A stretch of 64,000 bases of DNA from Promethearchaeota archaeon (GTDB taxonomy: Archaea; Asgardarchaeota; Lokiarchaeia; Sigyniarchaeales; SOKP01), in NCBI GenBank assembly GCA_048939015.1, contig JBHLPW010000004.1, forward strand, positions 32,001 to 96,000, given 5' to 3'. The notes under the pieces were generated by a model. That model worked only from the letters and a program-made list of their open reading frames with translations. It was not told where the DNA came from and searched no databases. The position numbers and the translations under genes were made by a program. This document shows, one piece after another, positions 29,651 to 39,115 of the stretch (within the stretch, counting starts at the first letter, position 1; the number at the start of each line of letters is the position of its first letter).

Positions 29651-30949
29651 TTATAGATTTTTAAATAGATATCTTAAATTTCTTGACATAATGAATTGTT
29701 GTATCTGTCTACTTCCTCCAATGATCTCTTGAATCCTCGAAATGTTTAAATGATCATGCATAAGGGTGTTATCACATAAACCTGCTCCGCCCATTAAGTT
29801 TGCTGATTCGTAGCATACTTTCTTAGAAAGCAAAGCACAATTATATTTATATTGGCTTCCTAGGGCAACAAATGCACGGGATATGTTATCTGGGAGTTTT
29901 CCTCCATATTTCTCCATTTTTTCATCATAACTTTCACAAAATTTCAAAATACCGTGTGTAAGAGCTGTAGTTTTGGCTAATAGATCTGTCAATGTAAATC
30001 CAACTCCTTGAAATAACAAAATTTCTTTATCAAATTGTTTTCTCATATTAGCATAAATAATTGCATGTGATAATGCTCCCCAACATTCACTTACACCTCT
30101 AACAGCAATAGAAATTCGTTCTGGTACCAATCCCTCAAAAAGATGTTCTCTTCCTTTACCGACAGGACCCAGTATATATTCTTTTGGTACTCTTAAATTT
30201 TCTAATCTTTCTTTTCCTAAGTATAATTTTGGAACCCAAGGTATTCCTACACGGTCACAATTCCATCCTTCCCAGCTTGTATCAATAAGAAACTGAGCCA
30301 TCAAGTTTCCATTATTCTGTTCTGCGGTTGCATACGCTACTGCCCATTTGGACTTCGGAGCATTAGTATTAAAAATTTTAGTTCCATTTAATAAAAATGA
30401 ACCGTCTTCCTGTTCCTCACATGTTGTTAGCATATGTACTGCATCAGACCCCCTCTCAGGTTCAGTAATTAATAAACATCCAGTGGTTTTTCCAGTTACT
30501 AAATCCTTTAATGCCTCTAGTCGTATTGGAATGTTTTCATGATGCTCATAAATAGGGTTAATACAAATTACAGTTGCACCACTTCCCATAGTAAACTGAG
30601 GATCGAAGAAATCCATTGCCAATATTCTCATAAAATCCATCGTCATCCCAAATTCCTTATATTTTAAATCAATGCAATCATAAGCATGTTGACGAGTAAT
30701 ATACCCTCGTTCACCAAAAGCAGGATACCACTCATAAATATCTTCCTCAGCGCCGTGGGTGATGTTATTTTCTTTTTCAAATTTTAAACAAAAATCCTGG
30801 ACTTCTTTAAGAAATGAAAATTGTTCTTCTGTAAGAATAAGAGATAAATTCTCATTAAGAAAATTGTATCTATTATGTAGTTTTAGTTTTTCCAGGATTT
30901 CATCATTAATAACTTGAGTTTCAAATTTTTTTTTCATTTTAATATACAC
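29651..30949 (-). CDS. Acyl-CoA dehydrogenase (paralog 1)
   Basis: ITEPERGSD, LNGTKIF, RKQF, MGGAG and EIIGGS motifs. Confidence 0.92.
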   Translation of the reverse strand: MYIKMKKKFETQVINDEILEKLKLHNRYNFLNENLSLILTEEQFSFLKEVQDFCLKFEKENNITHGAEEDIYEWYPAFGERGYITRQHAYDCIDLKYKEFGMTMDFMRILAMDFFDPQFTMGSGATVICINPIYEHHENIPIRLEALKDLVTGKTTGCLLITEPERGSDAVHMLTTCEEQEDGSFLLNGTKIFNTNAPKSKWAVAYATAEQNNGNLMAQFLIDTSWEGWNCDRVGIPWVPKLYLGKERLENLRVPKEYILGPVGKGREHLFEGLVPERISIAVRGVSECWGALSHAIIYANMRKQFDKEILLFQGVGFTLTDLLAKTTALTHGILKFCESYDEKMEKYGGKLPDNISRAFVALGSQYKYNCALLSKKVCYESANLMGGAGLCDNTLMHDHLNISRIQEIIGGSRQIQQFIMSRNLRYLFKNL

Positions 30950-31130
30950 CCATCATTTATTATATAACTTTCAAAATATTTTATCTTCATATATTCTTTT
31001 GCATATTTTTAAAAATAAAAATATTTAAAGAATTTAAACGAATCTTCTAATGGAATATTAAGTTATATATAAAATGAAATTCTAATCTATAAATTATAAT
31101 TTGTAGTAATCAAATAAAGAGATGATTTAA

Positions 31131-32429
31131 ATGTCTGAAAAACAAAAGTTTGAGACACAAGTTATTAATGATGAAATTCTTGGGAAATTAAACCTTAAAA
31201 ACCGATACGCGTTTGTAAATAATAATTTAACTTCATTATTATCTCAAGATGAATTCAACTTTTTTCGAAAAGTTCAGCGGTTCTGTCTAAGGTTTGAGAA
31301 AAAAAATGAGATTACTCACGGTCCAGAAGAAGATGTGTATGAATGGATTCCTGCGTTTGGAGCTGAAGGTTTTATTACTCGTCAGCATGCTTTTGAAATG
31401 ATAGATGTAGATTATCCCGAATGGGGACTAGCAATGGATATGCTTCGAACAATCGTAGTTGATAACTTTGATCCTCAATTTTCAATGGCAGAAGGTGCTA
31501 CAGTATTGGCAATAAATCCAGTTTATGAGCATCATGAAAATATTCCTGTAAGATTGGAAGCTTTAAAAGAGTTAGTGACAGGTCACACTCCTGGAGCAAT
31601 TCTTATTACTGAACCTGAACGAGGTTCTGATGCGGTTCACCAGCTAACGACCTGCGAGGAACAAGGAGATGGCAGCTTCTTGTTAAATGGAGAAAAAGTG
31701 TTTAATACTAATGCCCCTAAATCCAAATGGGTAGTTGCTTATGCTACTGCGGAACAAAATAACGGAAATATGATGGCACAATTCTTGATAAATACAAATT
31801 GGGATGGTTGGAGATGTGAACGAGTTGGAATACCATGGGTCCCAAAAGTTTGGATAGGAAAAGAAATATTGACCAATCTAAGAGTTCCAAAAGAATTCAT
31901 ACTTGGTTCAGTTGGAAAAGGTCGTGAACATCTTTTTGAGGGATTGGTACCAGAACGAATAGCTATTGCATATGCTGCTATTGCACAGTGCTGGGGTGCC
32001 CTTTCACACGCAGTAATTTATGCTAACTTGAGAAAACAATTCGATCAGGAGATTTTAAAGTTTCAAGGAGTCGGATTTTTGCTAGCAGACCTGTGGGCTA
32101 AAACTACTAACCTTACATTTGGACTTTTGAAGTTCTGCGAAAGTTTCGATGAAAAATATATAAAATTCGAAGGGAACATTCCTCGAAATATTAGCCAAGC
32201 TATGGTTGCATCTGCGAGTCAATTTAAATATCAAGCTACAGCACTTTCAAAGGAAGTATGTTACGAAGCGGCTAACTTGATGGGCGGAGCAGGTTTATGT
32301 GATAATACTTTAATGCAAGATTATCTAAATATTTCTCGAATCCAAGAAATTGTTGGTGGAAGTAGGCAAATCCAACAATATATTATGAGTTTATCACTTA
32401 GAACTCTATATAAAATGTCTGTTTCCTAA
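31131..32429 (+). CDS. Acyl-CoA dehydrogenase (paralog 2)
   Basis: Same motifs as paralog 1; transcribed divergently from it. Confidence 0.92.
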   Translation: MSEKQKFETQVINDEILGKLNLKNRYAFVNNNLTSLLSQDEFNFFRKVQRFCLRFEKKNEITHGPEEDVYEWIPAFGAEGFITRQHAFEMIDVDYPEWGLAMDMLRTIVVDNFDPQFSMAEGATVLAINPVYEHHENIPVRLEALKELVTGHTPGAILITEPERGSDAVHQLTTCEEQGDGSFLLNGEKVFNTNAPKSKWVVAYATAEQNNGNMMAQFLINTNWDGWRCERVGIPWVPKVWIGKEILTNLRVPKEFILGSVGKGREHLFEGLVPERIAIAYAAIAQCWGALSHAVIYANLRKQFDQEILKFQGVGFLLADLWAKTTNLTFGLLKFCESFDEKYIKFEGNIPRNISQAMVASASQFKYQATALSKEVCYEAANLMGGAGLCDNTLMQDYLNISRIQEIVGGSRQIQQYIMSLSLRTLYKMSVS

Positions 32430-32457
32430 ATAAATTAAAAAAATTTTGTTTTTTATT

Positions 32458-34719
32458 TTATTTTGTATCAGGGATTAATTTGAAAATTCCTTCTAAGTTA
32501 TTTGAAATTGCTTTTCTGGTAAATAAATAAGGAATATATTTACCCTTTACCCATAATTTTATTAAGTCTTTGTAATGTTTATGGAAAGGTAATCCCGATT
32601 GTCCTCCTGGTAAAGCCCCAATTGATTTATCCCAATCAGAAAGATCATGTATTTGTCGATAGGAAGGGCCTACAACAACATCATAATCGCTTAAACGATC
32701 ATAAGATCCATTATTAAGTGTATTTGCATCTCCGCCAAGTTTAAACGGTCCTGCATTTAAGATTTTGGCATCTTTATTACCAAGTGAAAAAGGATGAGTA
32801 AGAGTAAGTTTATGTAGATTTCCCCACTGCCATTTTTTATAATCTGTTGAAATTTCATCCGTTAGAAAAGTGATTGTATCAATAAATGAAGTAAGCAAAA
32901 TTTCTTTTAATTCATTCATATTTTCCTTATAGGAGGCAATAATGCGCTCTAAATTAAATGGACGACTTCCAGAAAATAATTTCAATATATCTTCGCCAAT
33001 AATAGGTTTTAATAAAATTTCAAGTGTCTTTTGATGCCATATTTTAAAAATTGTACCAGCAATACTAGTTTTAGTCAAATAATAATTCCATTCTTCTAGT
33101 AAAAATATGTATTTTGAGTAATTATTAGACTTTTTATTAGATTTTAGATGTTTTAACATAATAGGCAATAATTCTGCAGCTTCTTCGCTATATCTATCAA
33201 GTTGAAATTCCTGAAAGTCTTCTACAGAAAATTTTTCCTTTGATTGCATTAATTTTTTTAATCTAATTTGTCTATATGGTTCTATTCTATCTTGAGCTAT
33301 CAATAGACCATTTGGTGCTTTATCTTCATTAAAATTCGCAGTATAAACAAAGCCTTCCTTAGGATTATAAAGTGAGAATAATTGTTCAAAAGAAGATAAA
33401 CTCTTCCAATTAAATTTTTCATTTGTACCTGGAGTTATTGTAGAACCATCTCCAAAATTTCTTATGGGAATTCTTCCACCATGTTGATGACCAATATTCC
33501 CGTTTACATCTCCATAAATAAAGTTTTGAGGATTAATTGTTATATATTTTATTCCCTCTCTAAATTCTTGCCAATTTGAAGCTTTATTAATATGAATAAA
33601 ACCTATAATATTTCTTTCAAGTTCTGGTTCAAAACTTGACCACCTTAAAGCATATATACCTGGGAGATTAAACTTATAATATCTTTGATTGTTGTCAAAA
33701 AACTCTACAACTGGACCAAATCTTGATATTAAAACTTTATGTACTATTGGTTCAGGGATATCTTGAACTTTAATTTTTTCTTCATAAACTTCAAAATCTA
33801 TCCAATCTCCATTATAATTATATTGATTCGGATTTTTTGGATTTAATTCCAATTCAAATAGGTCTATTGTATCGGCAGTTACATTAGTTAAACCCCAGGC
33901 TATATTTTGATTATGTCCTATAACAACCATAGGTAATCCAGGAAGCGAAGTGCCCATCACATTTAATCCTGGACAATTTAAATGTATTAAAAACCATATA
34001 GCGGGATTTGTAAGAGCAAGATGAGGATCGTTTGCCAATAATACAGCTCCAGATTCAGATTTATTAGGACTAACAGCCCATGCATTGCTTCCTTTAGATT
34101 CCTTAACATATGTCTCGGGAAAAAAAGAAATGAACTCTTTAGCTTTTTTATGACCTAATTTTATTATTAAATGCTCACGTATTACTTCTAAAGGAAAATT
34201 CCAATTACTTAAGTTCCATTCAATCATACTAATAATCTTAAAAGAATCTTCGATTAACCAGTCACGAGGTTTAAGATTTAAGATCGAATATTCAATAGGA
34301 GGATTTTCTCGAGCTTTTTTTATACCACAATTTACCCCATTTACATAGCTACTTATCCAATTATAGCCCTCTGAATTTTTATTTTTTTCTAATTTTGATG
34401 CGCATTTTTTTGCCAAACGATGTAATCCAATTGTTCTATAATATTTATCACTAATGATAGTTGATTTTCCTGTTAACTCTGATAACTCTCCAGAAATTAA
34501 ACGTCTAAATGTTTCCATTTGCCACAATCTATGGCTTGCGTGAAGATATCCTTGAGTAAAATATAGATCATTTAATGATGTTCCATAAACATGTGGAATT
34601 CCCCAATTATCCCATAATACTTCAACTTCTTCCTGAATTCCCTTAATCTTTTCCGATCCAGATATTGCTGGAAACGCCTTCTTTGCTGTATTAAGTAATC
34701 CTTCCATTTTTAAAACCAA
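32458..34719 (-). CDS. Penicillin acylase family Ntn-hydrolase (peptidase S45)
   Basis: DNWGIPHV, QGYLHA..RLWQME, G-SNAWAV autocleavage site, ANDPHL and PGGQSG. Confidence 0.93.
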   Translation of the reverse strand: MVLKMEGLLNTAKKAFPAISGSEKIKGIQEEVEVLWDNWGIPHVYGTSLNDLYFTQGYLHASHRLWQMETFRRLISGELSELTGKSTIISDKYYRTIGLHRLAKKCASKLEKNKNSEGYNWISSYVNGVNCGIKKARENPPIEYSILNLKPRDWLIEDSFKIISMIEWNLSNWNFPLEVIREHLIIKLGHKKAKEFISFFPETYVKESKGSNAWAVSPNKSESGAVLLANDPHLALTNPAIWFLIHLNCPGLNVMGTSLPGLPMVVIGHNQNIAWGLTNVTADTIDLFELELNPKNPNQYNYNGDWIDFEVYEEKIKVQDIPEPIVHKVLISRFGPVVEFFDNNQRYYKFNLPGIYALRWSSFEPELERNIIGFIHINKASNWQEFREGIKYITINPQNFIYGDVNGNIGHQHGGRIPIRNFGDGSTITPGTNEKFNWKSLSSFEQLFSLYNPKEGFVYTANFNEDKAPNGLLIAQDRIEPYRQIRLKKLMQSKEKFSVEDFQEFQLDRYSEEAAELLPIMLKHLKSNKKSNNYSKYIFLLEEWNYYLTKTSIAGTIFKIWHQKTLEILLKPIIGEDILKLFSGSRPFNLERIIASYKENMNELKEILLTSFIDTITFLTDEISTDYKKWQWGNLHKLTLTHPFSLGNKDAKILNAGPFKLGGDANTLNNGSYDRLSDYDVVVGPSYRQIHDLSDWDKSIGALPGGQSGLPFHKHYKDLIKLWVKGKYIPYLFTRKAISNNLEGIFKLIPDTK

Positions 34720-34842
34720 ATAATTTATGATTTTTATTTTATGTTCTAGTTAAATTAAAATTTATTAGTAGTGGATAAATTAAAAGAATTTGATATTTCA
34801 ATTCTAAATTGCTATTAAATAAAAGTAAAAAAAAAATGAGAT

Positions 34843-36126
34843 TTAGAGCATTTTAAAGAGCTGTCTTAAAGCCATACTCATAATATATTGTTGTATTTGC
34901 CTACTCCCACCAACAATTTCTTGGATTCGAGAAATATTTACATAATCTTGCATTTGAGTATTATCTGACAAACCTGCACCCCCCATTAAGTTAGCCGCTT
35001 CATAACATATCTGTTTGGAAAGGCTAGTACAATGATATTTAAACTGAGATGCACTTGCTACCATAGCCCTAGAAATATTCGCAGGGATTTTTCCTTGAAA
35101 TTTTTCCATTTTGTCATCATAAGCCTCACAGAATTTCAATAATCCGAGCGTTAAGTTTGTGGTTTTAGCCCATAAATCTGTTAGAAGAAACCCTACTCCC
35201 TGAAACTTAAGAATTTCTTGATTAAATTGTTTTCTCATATTAGCATAAATAGCAGCATGTGAAAGGGCACCCCAACATTGTGAAATAGCCCCACAAGCGA
35301 TTCCAATTCTCTCTGGTACTAATCCTTCAAACATGTGTTCTCTTCCTTTTCCAACAGAGCCAAGAATATACTCTTTTGGGACGCGTAGATTTTCAAACCA
35401 TTCATGTCCTAAATATAATTTTGGTACCCAAGGGATATTTACTCTTTCACACTTCCATCCTTCCCAATTTGTATTGATAAGGAACTGTGCCATCAAGTTT
35501 CCATTATTCTGTTCTGCAGTTGCATACGCGACTGCCCATTTGGACTTCGGTGCATTAGTATTATAGACTTTTTCTCCATTTAATAAGAATGAACCATCTT
35601 CTTGTTCCTCACAGGTTGTTAGTTGATGGACTGCGTCAGAACCCCTCTCTGGCTCAGTAATACAAATACAACCCGATGCTACTCCAGTCACTAAATCCTT
35701 AAGAGCTTCTAATCTTTCAGGAATATTTTCATGGTGTTCTATAATGGGATTAATTGCTAAAACAGTTGCCCCACTCCCCATTGCGAATTGAGTATCAAAC
35801 ATATCGATTGATAAATAGCGAAGGAAGTCTGCGACTGCTCCATATTCTTCGTAAACAACATCAATTACTTCAAAATTATGAGCTCTTGTGATATAACCTT
35901 CCGCTCCAAAATCTGGAATCCAATCATAGACATCTTCCTCTGGACCATGTGTGATTTCATTTTTCTTTTCATACCTCATACAGAATTTTTGGACCTTTTT
36001 AAGAAAGTTAAATTGGTCTGGTGACAATATTGCCATAAGGTTATTATTCAAAAAGGAATATCTGTTCTTCAAGCTCAGTTTATCAAGAATCTCGTCGTTA
36101 ATTACTTGATCTACATATCTTGACAT
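34843..36126 (-). CDS. Acyl-CoA dehydrogenase (paralog 3)
   Basis: Same motifs as paralogs 1 and 2. Confidence 0.92.
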   Translation of the reverse strand: MSRYVDQVINDEILDKLSLKNRYSFLNNNLMAILSPDQFNFLKKVQKFCMRYEKKNEITHGPEEDVYDWIPDFGAEGYITRAHNFEVIDVVYEEYGAVADFLRYLSIDMFDTQFAMGSGATVLAINPIIEHHENIPERLEALKDLVTGVASGCICITEPERGSDAVHQLTTCEEQEDGSFLLNGEKVYNTNAPKSKWAVAYATAEQNNGNLMAQFLINTNWEGWKCERVNIPWVPKLYLGHEWFENLRVPKEYILGSVGKGREHMFEGLVPERIGIACGAISQCWGALSHAAIYANMRKQFNQEILKFQGVGFLLTDLWAKTTNLTLGLLKFCEAYDDKMEKFQGKIPANISRAMVASASQFKYHCTSLSKQICYEAANLMGGAGLSDNTQMQDYVNISRIQEIVGGSRQIQQYIMSMALRQLFKML

Positions 36127-36314
36127 ATTTACTACCCCTAACTTTAATTTGTTATATTTTTAAGTTAATTAACTATACTAGGGAAAAAGTACTTTATCTT
36201 TTTAATTTTTGTAAAAGGAATTTACGAAATTAAAAATATTGCAATTTTTTTTAAAAAGTATTTTTATGAAATAAGTAATTATGATCAATTTTTATCTAAT
36301 CAATCTTCGTAATT

Positions 36315-37067
36315 TTAACAAATCAATTTTTGTATCCTATTTGATAACCTTTTTGAGATTACCAATCCTGTCTCAAAAGGACAATTACTTTTAAATTGAA
36401 TCACAGAAATAAAGTGTTCATCAATTCCTACCAAAGAAAGCACACCAAAATCTTCTAAAGAAATGAGTTCATTAACTCTAAAATTTCCTGATATAAAACG
36501 TCCTTCTAATAATCGAATAATTTCTGATAGGATATTTGTTTCTAATGATGAAACTATAACTCGACCAGTTTGAGTCAATAAAGCTGAAGATACAACAAAA
36601 GAAGAAAAAGTGTGTAATTCATTAAAAACTGTTAATAAATTCTTTTTAATTTCATCTGAAACCAATTGGCTATGATTCTCCATAATGTCGTTAATATCTT
36701 TCTCAAATTCGAAATATTTTGAAATTTCGCCGTTGAAATTATTCGTTAGTAGAGTTAAATCATATTTATTGATAAATTTATTTTTAATTGCTCTTAATTG
36801 ATTTCTTAGCTCAACTAAGTTGTCAGTTCGGTCGCTAAAAAGCGCAAATAATAACTCATCATTTCCTATTTTTTCGATTTCAAATATAAACCTAAATAAT
36901 CCAACTTCAATTTCAGATAATTCTTCTGTTTTTAGTGTTTGCTTTACAAAGGAAAAAATTGCACTTAAAAAACTACTGGTTAATTTAACATTAAAAATAT
37001 CTTCATAAGTTTTATAAAAGATGAGTTCACCTGTGTTTCCTTTCATTATAAAGATATTTTTTATCAT
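36315..37067 (-). CDS. Longin-like + Roadblock-like two-domain protein
   Basis: N-terminal IKNIFIM..TGELIF...LTSSFLSAIFSF..LSEIEVG longin pattern; C-terminal VVSSALLTQTGRVIVSSL roadblock pattern. Confidence 0.72.
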   Translation of the reverse strand: MIKNIFIMKGNTGELIFYKTYEDIFNVKLTSSFLSAIFSFVKQTLKTEELSEIEVGLFRFIFEIEKIGNDELLFALFSDRTDNLVELRNQLRAIKNKFINKYDLTLLTNNFNGEISKYFEFEKDINDIMENHSQLVSDEIKKNLLTVFNELHTFSSFVVSSALLTQTGRVIVSSLETNILSEIIRLLEGRFISGNFRVNELISLEDFGVLSLVGIDEHFISVIQFKSNCPFETGLVISKRLSNRIQKLIC

Positions 37068-37258
37068 TTAAATCAGAATACTTCTAGCAAATTGATTATA
37101 TATCTGTTTTATTTCTTTAATAACAGTCCATCTATAAAAATTCTTTTATTAAATATTTGCTTTAGGAAAGCGCAACAAACATACATAAAATTTTAATTAC
37201 TAAATATTAACTAATAAAAGAGATATACTTGGTATAATAAACGAAATAGATATTTACT

Positions 37259-38026
37259 TTAAAATCCATCAAATTTTGCCCATTCATCTTCTTCCTCGAG
37301 TTCCTCTTCATCGTCTGTATATTCCTCGATTTCATCGCTTCTATAACTTTCAGTTGCCTCTTCCTCAAAATCTTCCAGTTCATCTTCAAAAGTAATTGCC
37401 TCTTCTAGATCAGTTATAGTATCGGCAGAGACCTTTATTTCTGGAATAGGTTCTTCTAAAGGTTTTTTCTTCTCAACCAATTTTAAATAATCTCCATGGA
37501 TCTTAATAGTTATAGGTGTCTCTTCCTGAAGTAGTCTTACTACGACCTCTTCACTACTACTAGTGTCATGAGGCATACGCATTACTAATGCTCGGGATCC
37601 TTCAAAAACCCCACTGATAATTTCTACCGTATCTCCTTCTTCCAAGTATTCGGTTACACTTCTTGGCAATAAGACATGCTTTAATTCAGTTAACTTTATG
37701 TTCTGTACAATTCTTCCTTTAATATGAGGAATTCCTTGAACAGCAATTTGTACATCTCTCTTCTGAGGTGCCTCAAAGAAAATATAACCTGGTAACAAAG
37801 GAGATACAAGCATAGCTCTTATATCTGGTATTACTTCTAAAATTTTAAATCTATAGAAAATTTGTTTTAAAATATTACTCTCTTGATTTATTGTAGTTCT
37901 TACCGCAAATAGTGTAGTTAAATCCTCTAGATCTTCAATTTCATCTGTTCCAATAGTTCCTAGAATATCCACTTCCTCACTTTCCATTTTTTTCATATTT
38001 TCTTCTTGATCTGTCAATATTTTCAC
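37259..38026 (-). CDS. spt5: Transcription elongation factor Spt5 with acidic extensions
   Basis: FAVRTTINQE and LPGYIFFEA (NGN domain); LEEGDTVEIISGVFEG (KOW). Confidence 0.92.
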   Translation of the reverse strand: MKILTDQEENMKKMESEEVDILGTIGTDEIEDLEDLTTLFAVRTTINQESNILKQIFYRFKILEVIPDIRAMLVSPLLPGYIFFEAPQKRDVQIAVQGIPHIKGRIVQNIKLTELKHVLLPRSVTEYLEEGDTVEIISGVFEGSRALVMRMPHDTSSSEEVVVRLLQEETPITIKIHGDYLKLVEKKKPLEEPIPEIKVSADTITDLEEAITFEDELEDFEEEATESYRSDEIEEYTDDEEELEEEDEWAKFDGF

Positions 38027-38192
38027 GAATCTTATTTGAATTTAGGTTTTTTAAAATTTTTTTAGAAAATAAGTATATATAAGTAATAGAATTTAAAATT
38101 AAAAAATTTAACTTTTTGATAAAAATCTATTAATTTTCTTTCTTAGAATTATATTTATAATTATATCTTAATATTATAAAGTATTTTTTAAA

Positions 38193-38582
38193 TTAGAGAG
38201 GTATATTGTTAATTTTTAGAATTTCTGGAATTCTATTTTTTCGTTCAAGCCAAGATATTTCATGTTTCATATATCTCCAGGTAATTTCGCATTTCCCCAT
38301 TTTATCTGAACTTTCGGTCTCCCATTCCCATGGATTCACAATAACAAGATCAGCTAACCTAATCCATACGCGTTTCTTTATTTTACCTCTAATTCTACCT
38401 ATTCTATGTTTTCCATCTTCACAAAAAACTTCCATTCTATCATTCCCAAAAATACCTACAACACGTCCAAACATTTCCCCTAATTTTTTATTAGGAAATT
38501 TTACACGAGTAACTACAGGTTCTTCTTGGGCGCCTCTTTTCTTTTGTTTTCCTTTTTTTTTTGCCATTTTTATATTATACAC
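38193..38582 (-). CDS. eif1a: Translation initiation factor aIF-1A (likely start ATG 38567)
   Basis: GEMFGRV..GNDRM.V.CEDG..RIGRIRGK..KRVWIR..DLVIV.PW. Confidence 0.95.
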   Translation of the reverse strand: MYNIKMAKKKGKQKKRGAQEEPVVTRVKFPNKKLGEMFGRVVGIFGNDRMEVFCEDGKHRIGRIRGKIKKRVWIRLADLVIVNPWEWETESSDKMGKCEITWRYMKHEISWLERKNRIPEILKINNIPL

Positions 38583-38597
38583 TTATTATAATAATTT

Positions 38598-38933
38598 TCA
38601 TATTTTATCATCGGGAAGATATTGCCCTTTCACAAAAATAACTTTTATTGGATTATCAGAATCGTTTCTGATGTTATGCATTTCTTTGGGTTCACATAAG
38701 AATGCAGTCCCCTGAGGTGCGAGATATTCTGTATCATCAATAATCATTACGCCATCACCTTCTGCAAAATAAAAAGTTTCATCTAAAATATTGTGACCAT
38801 GTGCTTTTTCGCCCATTGATTCTCCAGGCTGAAGTAGTATAAGTCCCCAATCAATAGAAGGCCCTCTCATTAGATATTTAACTCCAGATGTTCCACCTCT
38901 ATAGTCAAAATCATTTTCATGAACTTTTTTGAT
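38598..38933 (-). CDS. Cupin domain protein (start extended to ATC 38933; track start 38870)
   Basis: HGH...ETFY...EMHNIRN cupin motifs; the upstream open frame encodes KKVHENDFDYRGGTSGVKYL. Confidence 0.85.
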   Translation of the reverse strand: MKKVHENDFDYRGGTSGVKYLMRGPSIDWGLILLQPGESMGEKAHGHNILDETFYFAEGDGVMIIDDTEYLAPQGTAFLCEPKEMHNIRNDSDNPIKVIFVKGQYLPDDKI

Positions 38934-39115
38934 AGTATCTCACCAAATCGTTGAATTATATTATAAAACAAATTATCTAGATTAAATTATAAATCTTACT
39001 TATAATAAAAAGAATAAAAATTTGATAAACTTAATTATTATGTATTTTTTTGTATAATGAATTGAAAAAGATATAATAAATTTAGCAAATAAACAAATAT
39101 GGAAGTTTAGAGTTA

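Noticed and set aside
37207-37389. 60-aa alternative-frame ORF overlapping the Spt5 3' end
   Set aside because: A by-product of the GAA/GAT-rich acidic tail; no evidence for frameshifting.
38206-38715. 169-aa plus-strand ORF, and the other short track ORFs nested antisense in long genes
   Set aside because: They lie opposite well-supported genes (here aIF1A and the cupin) and show no motifs.
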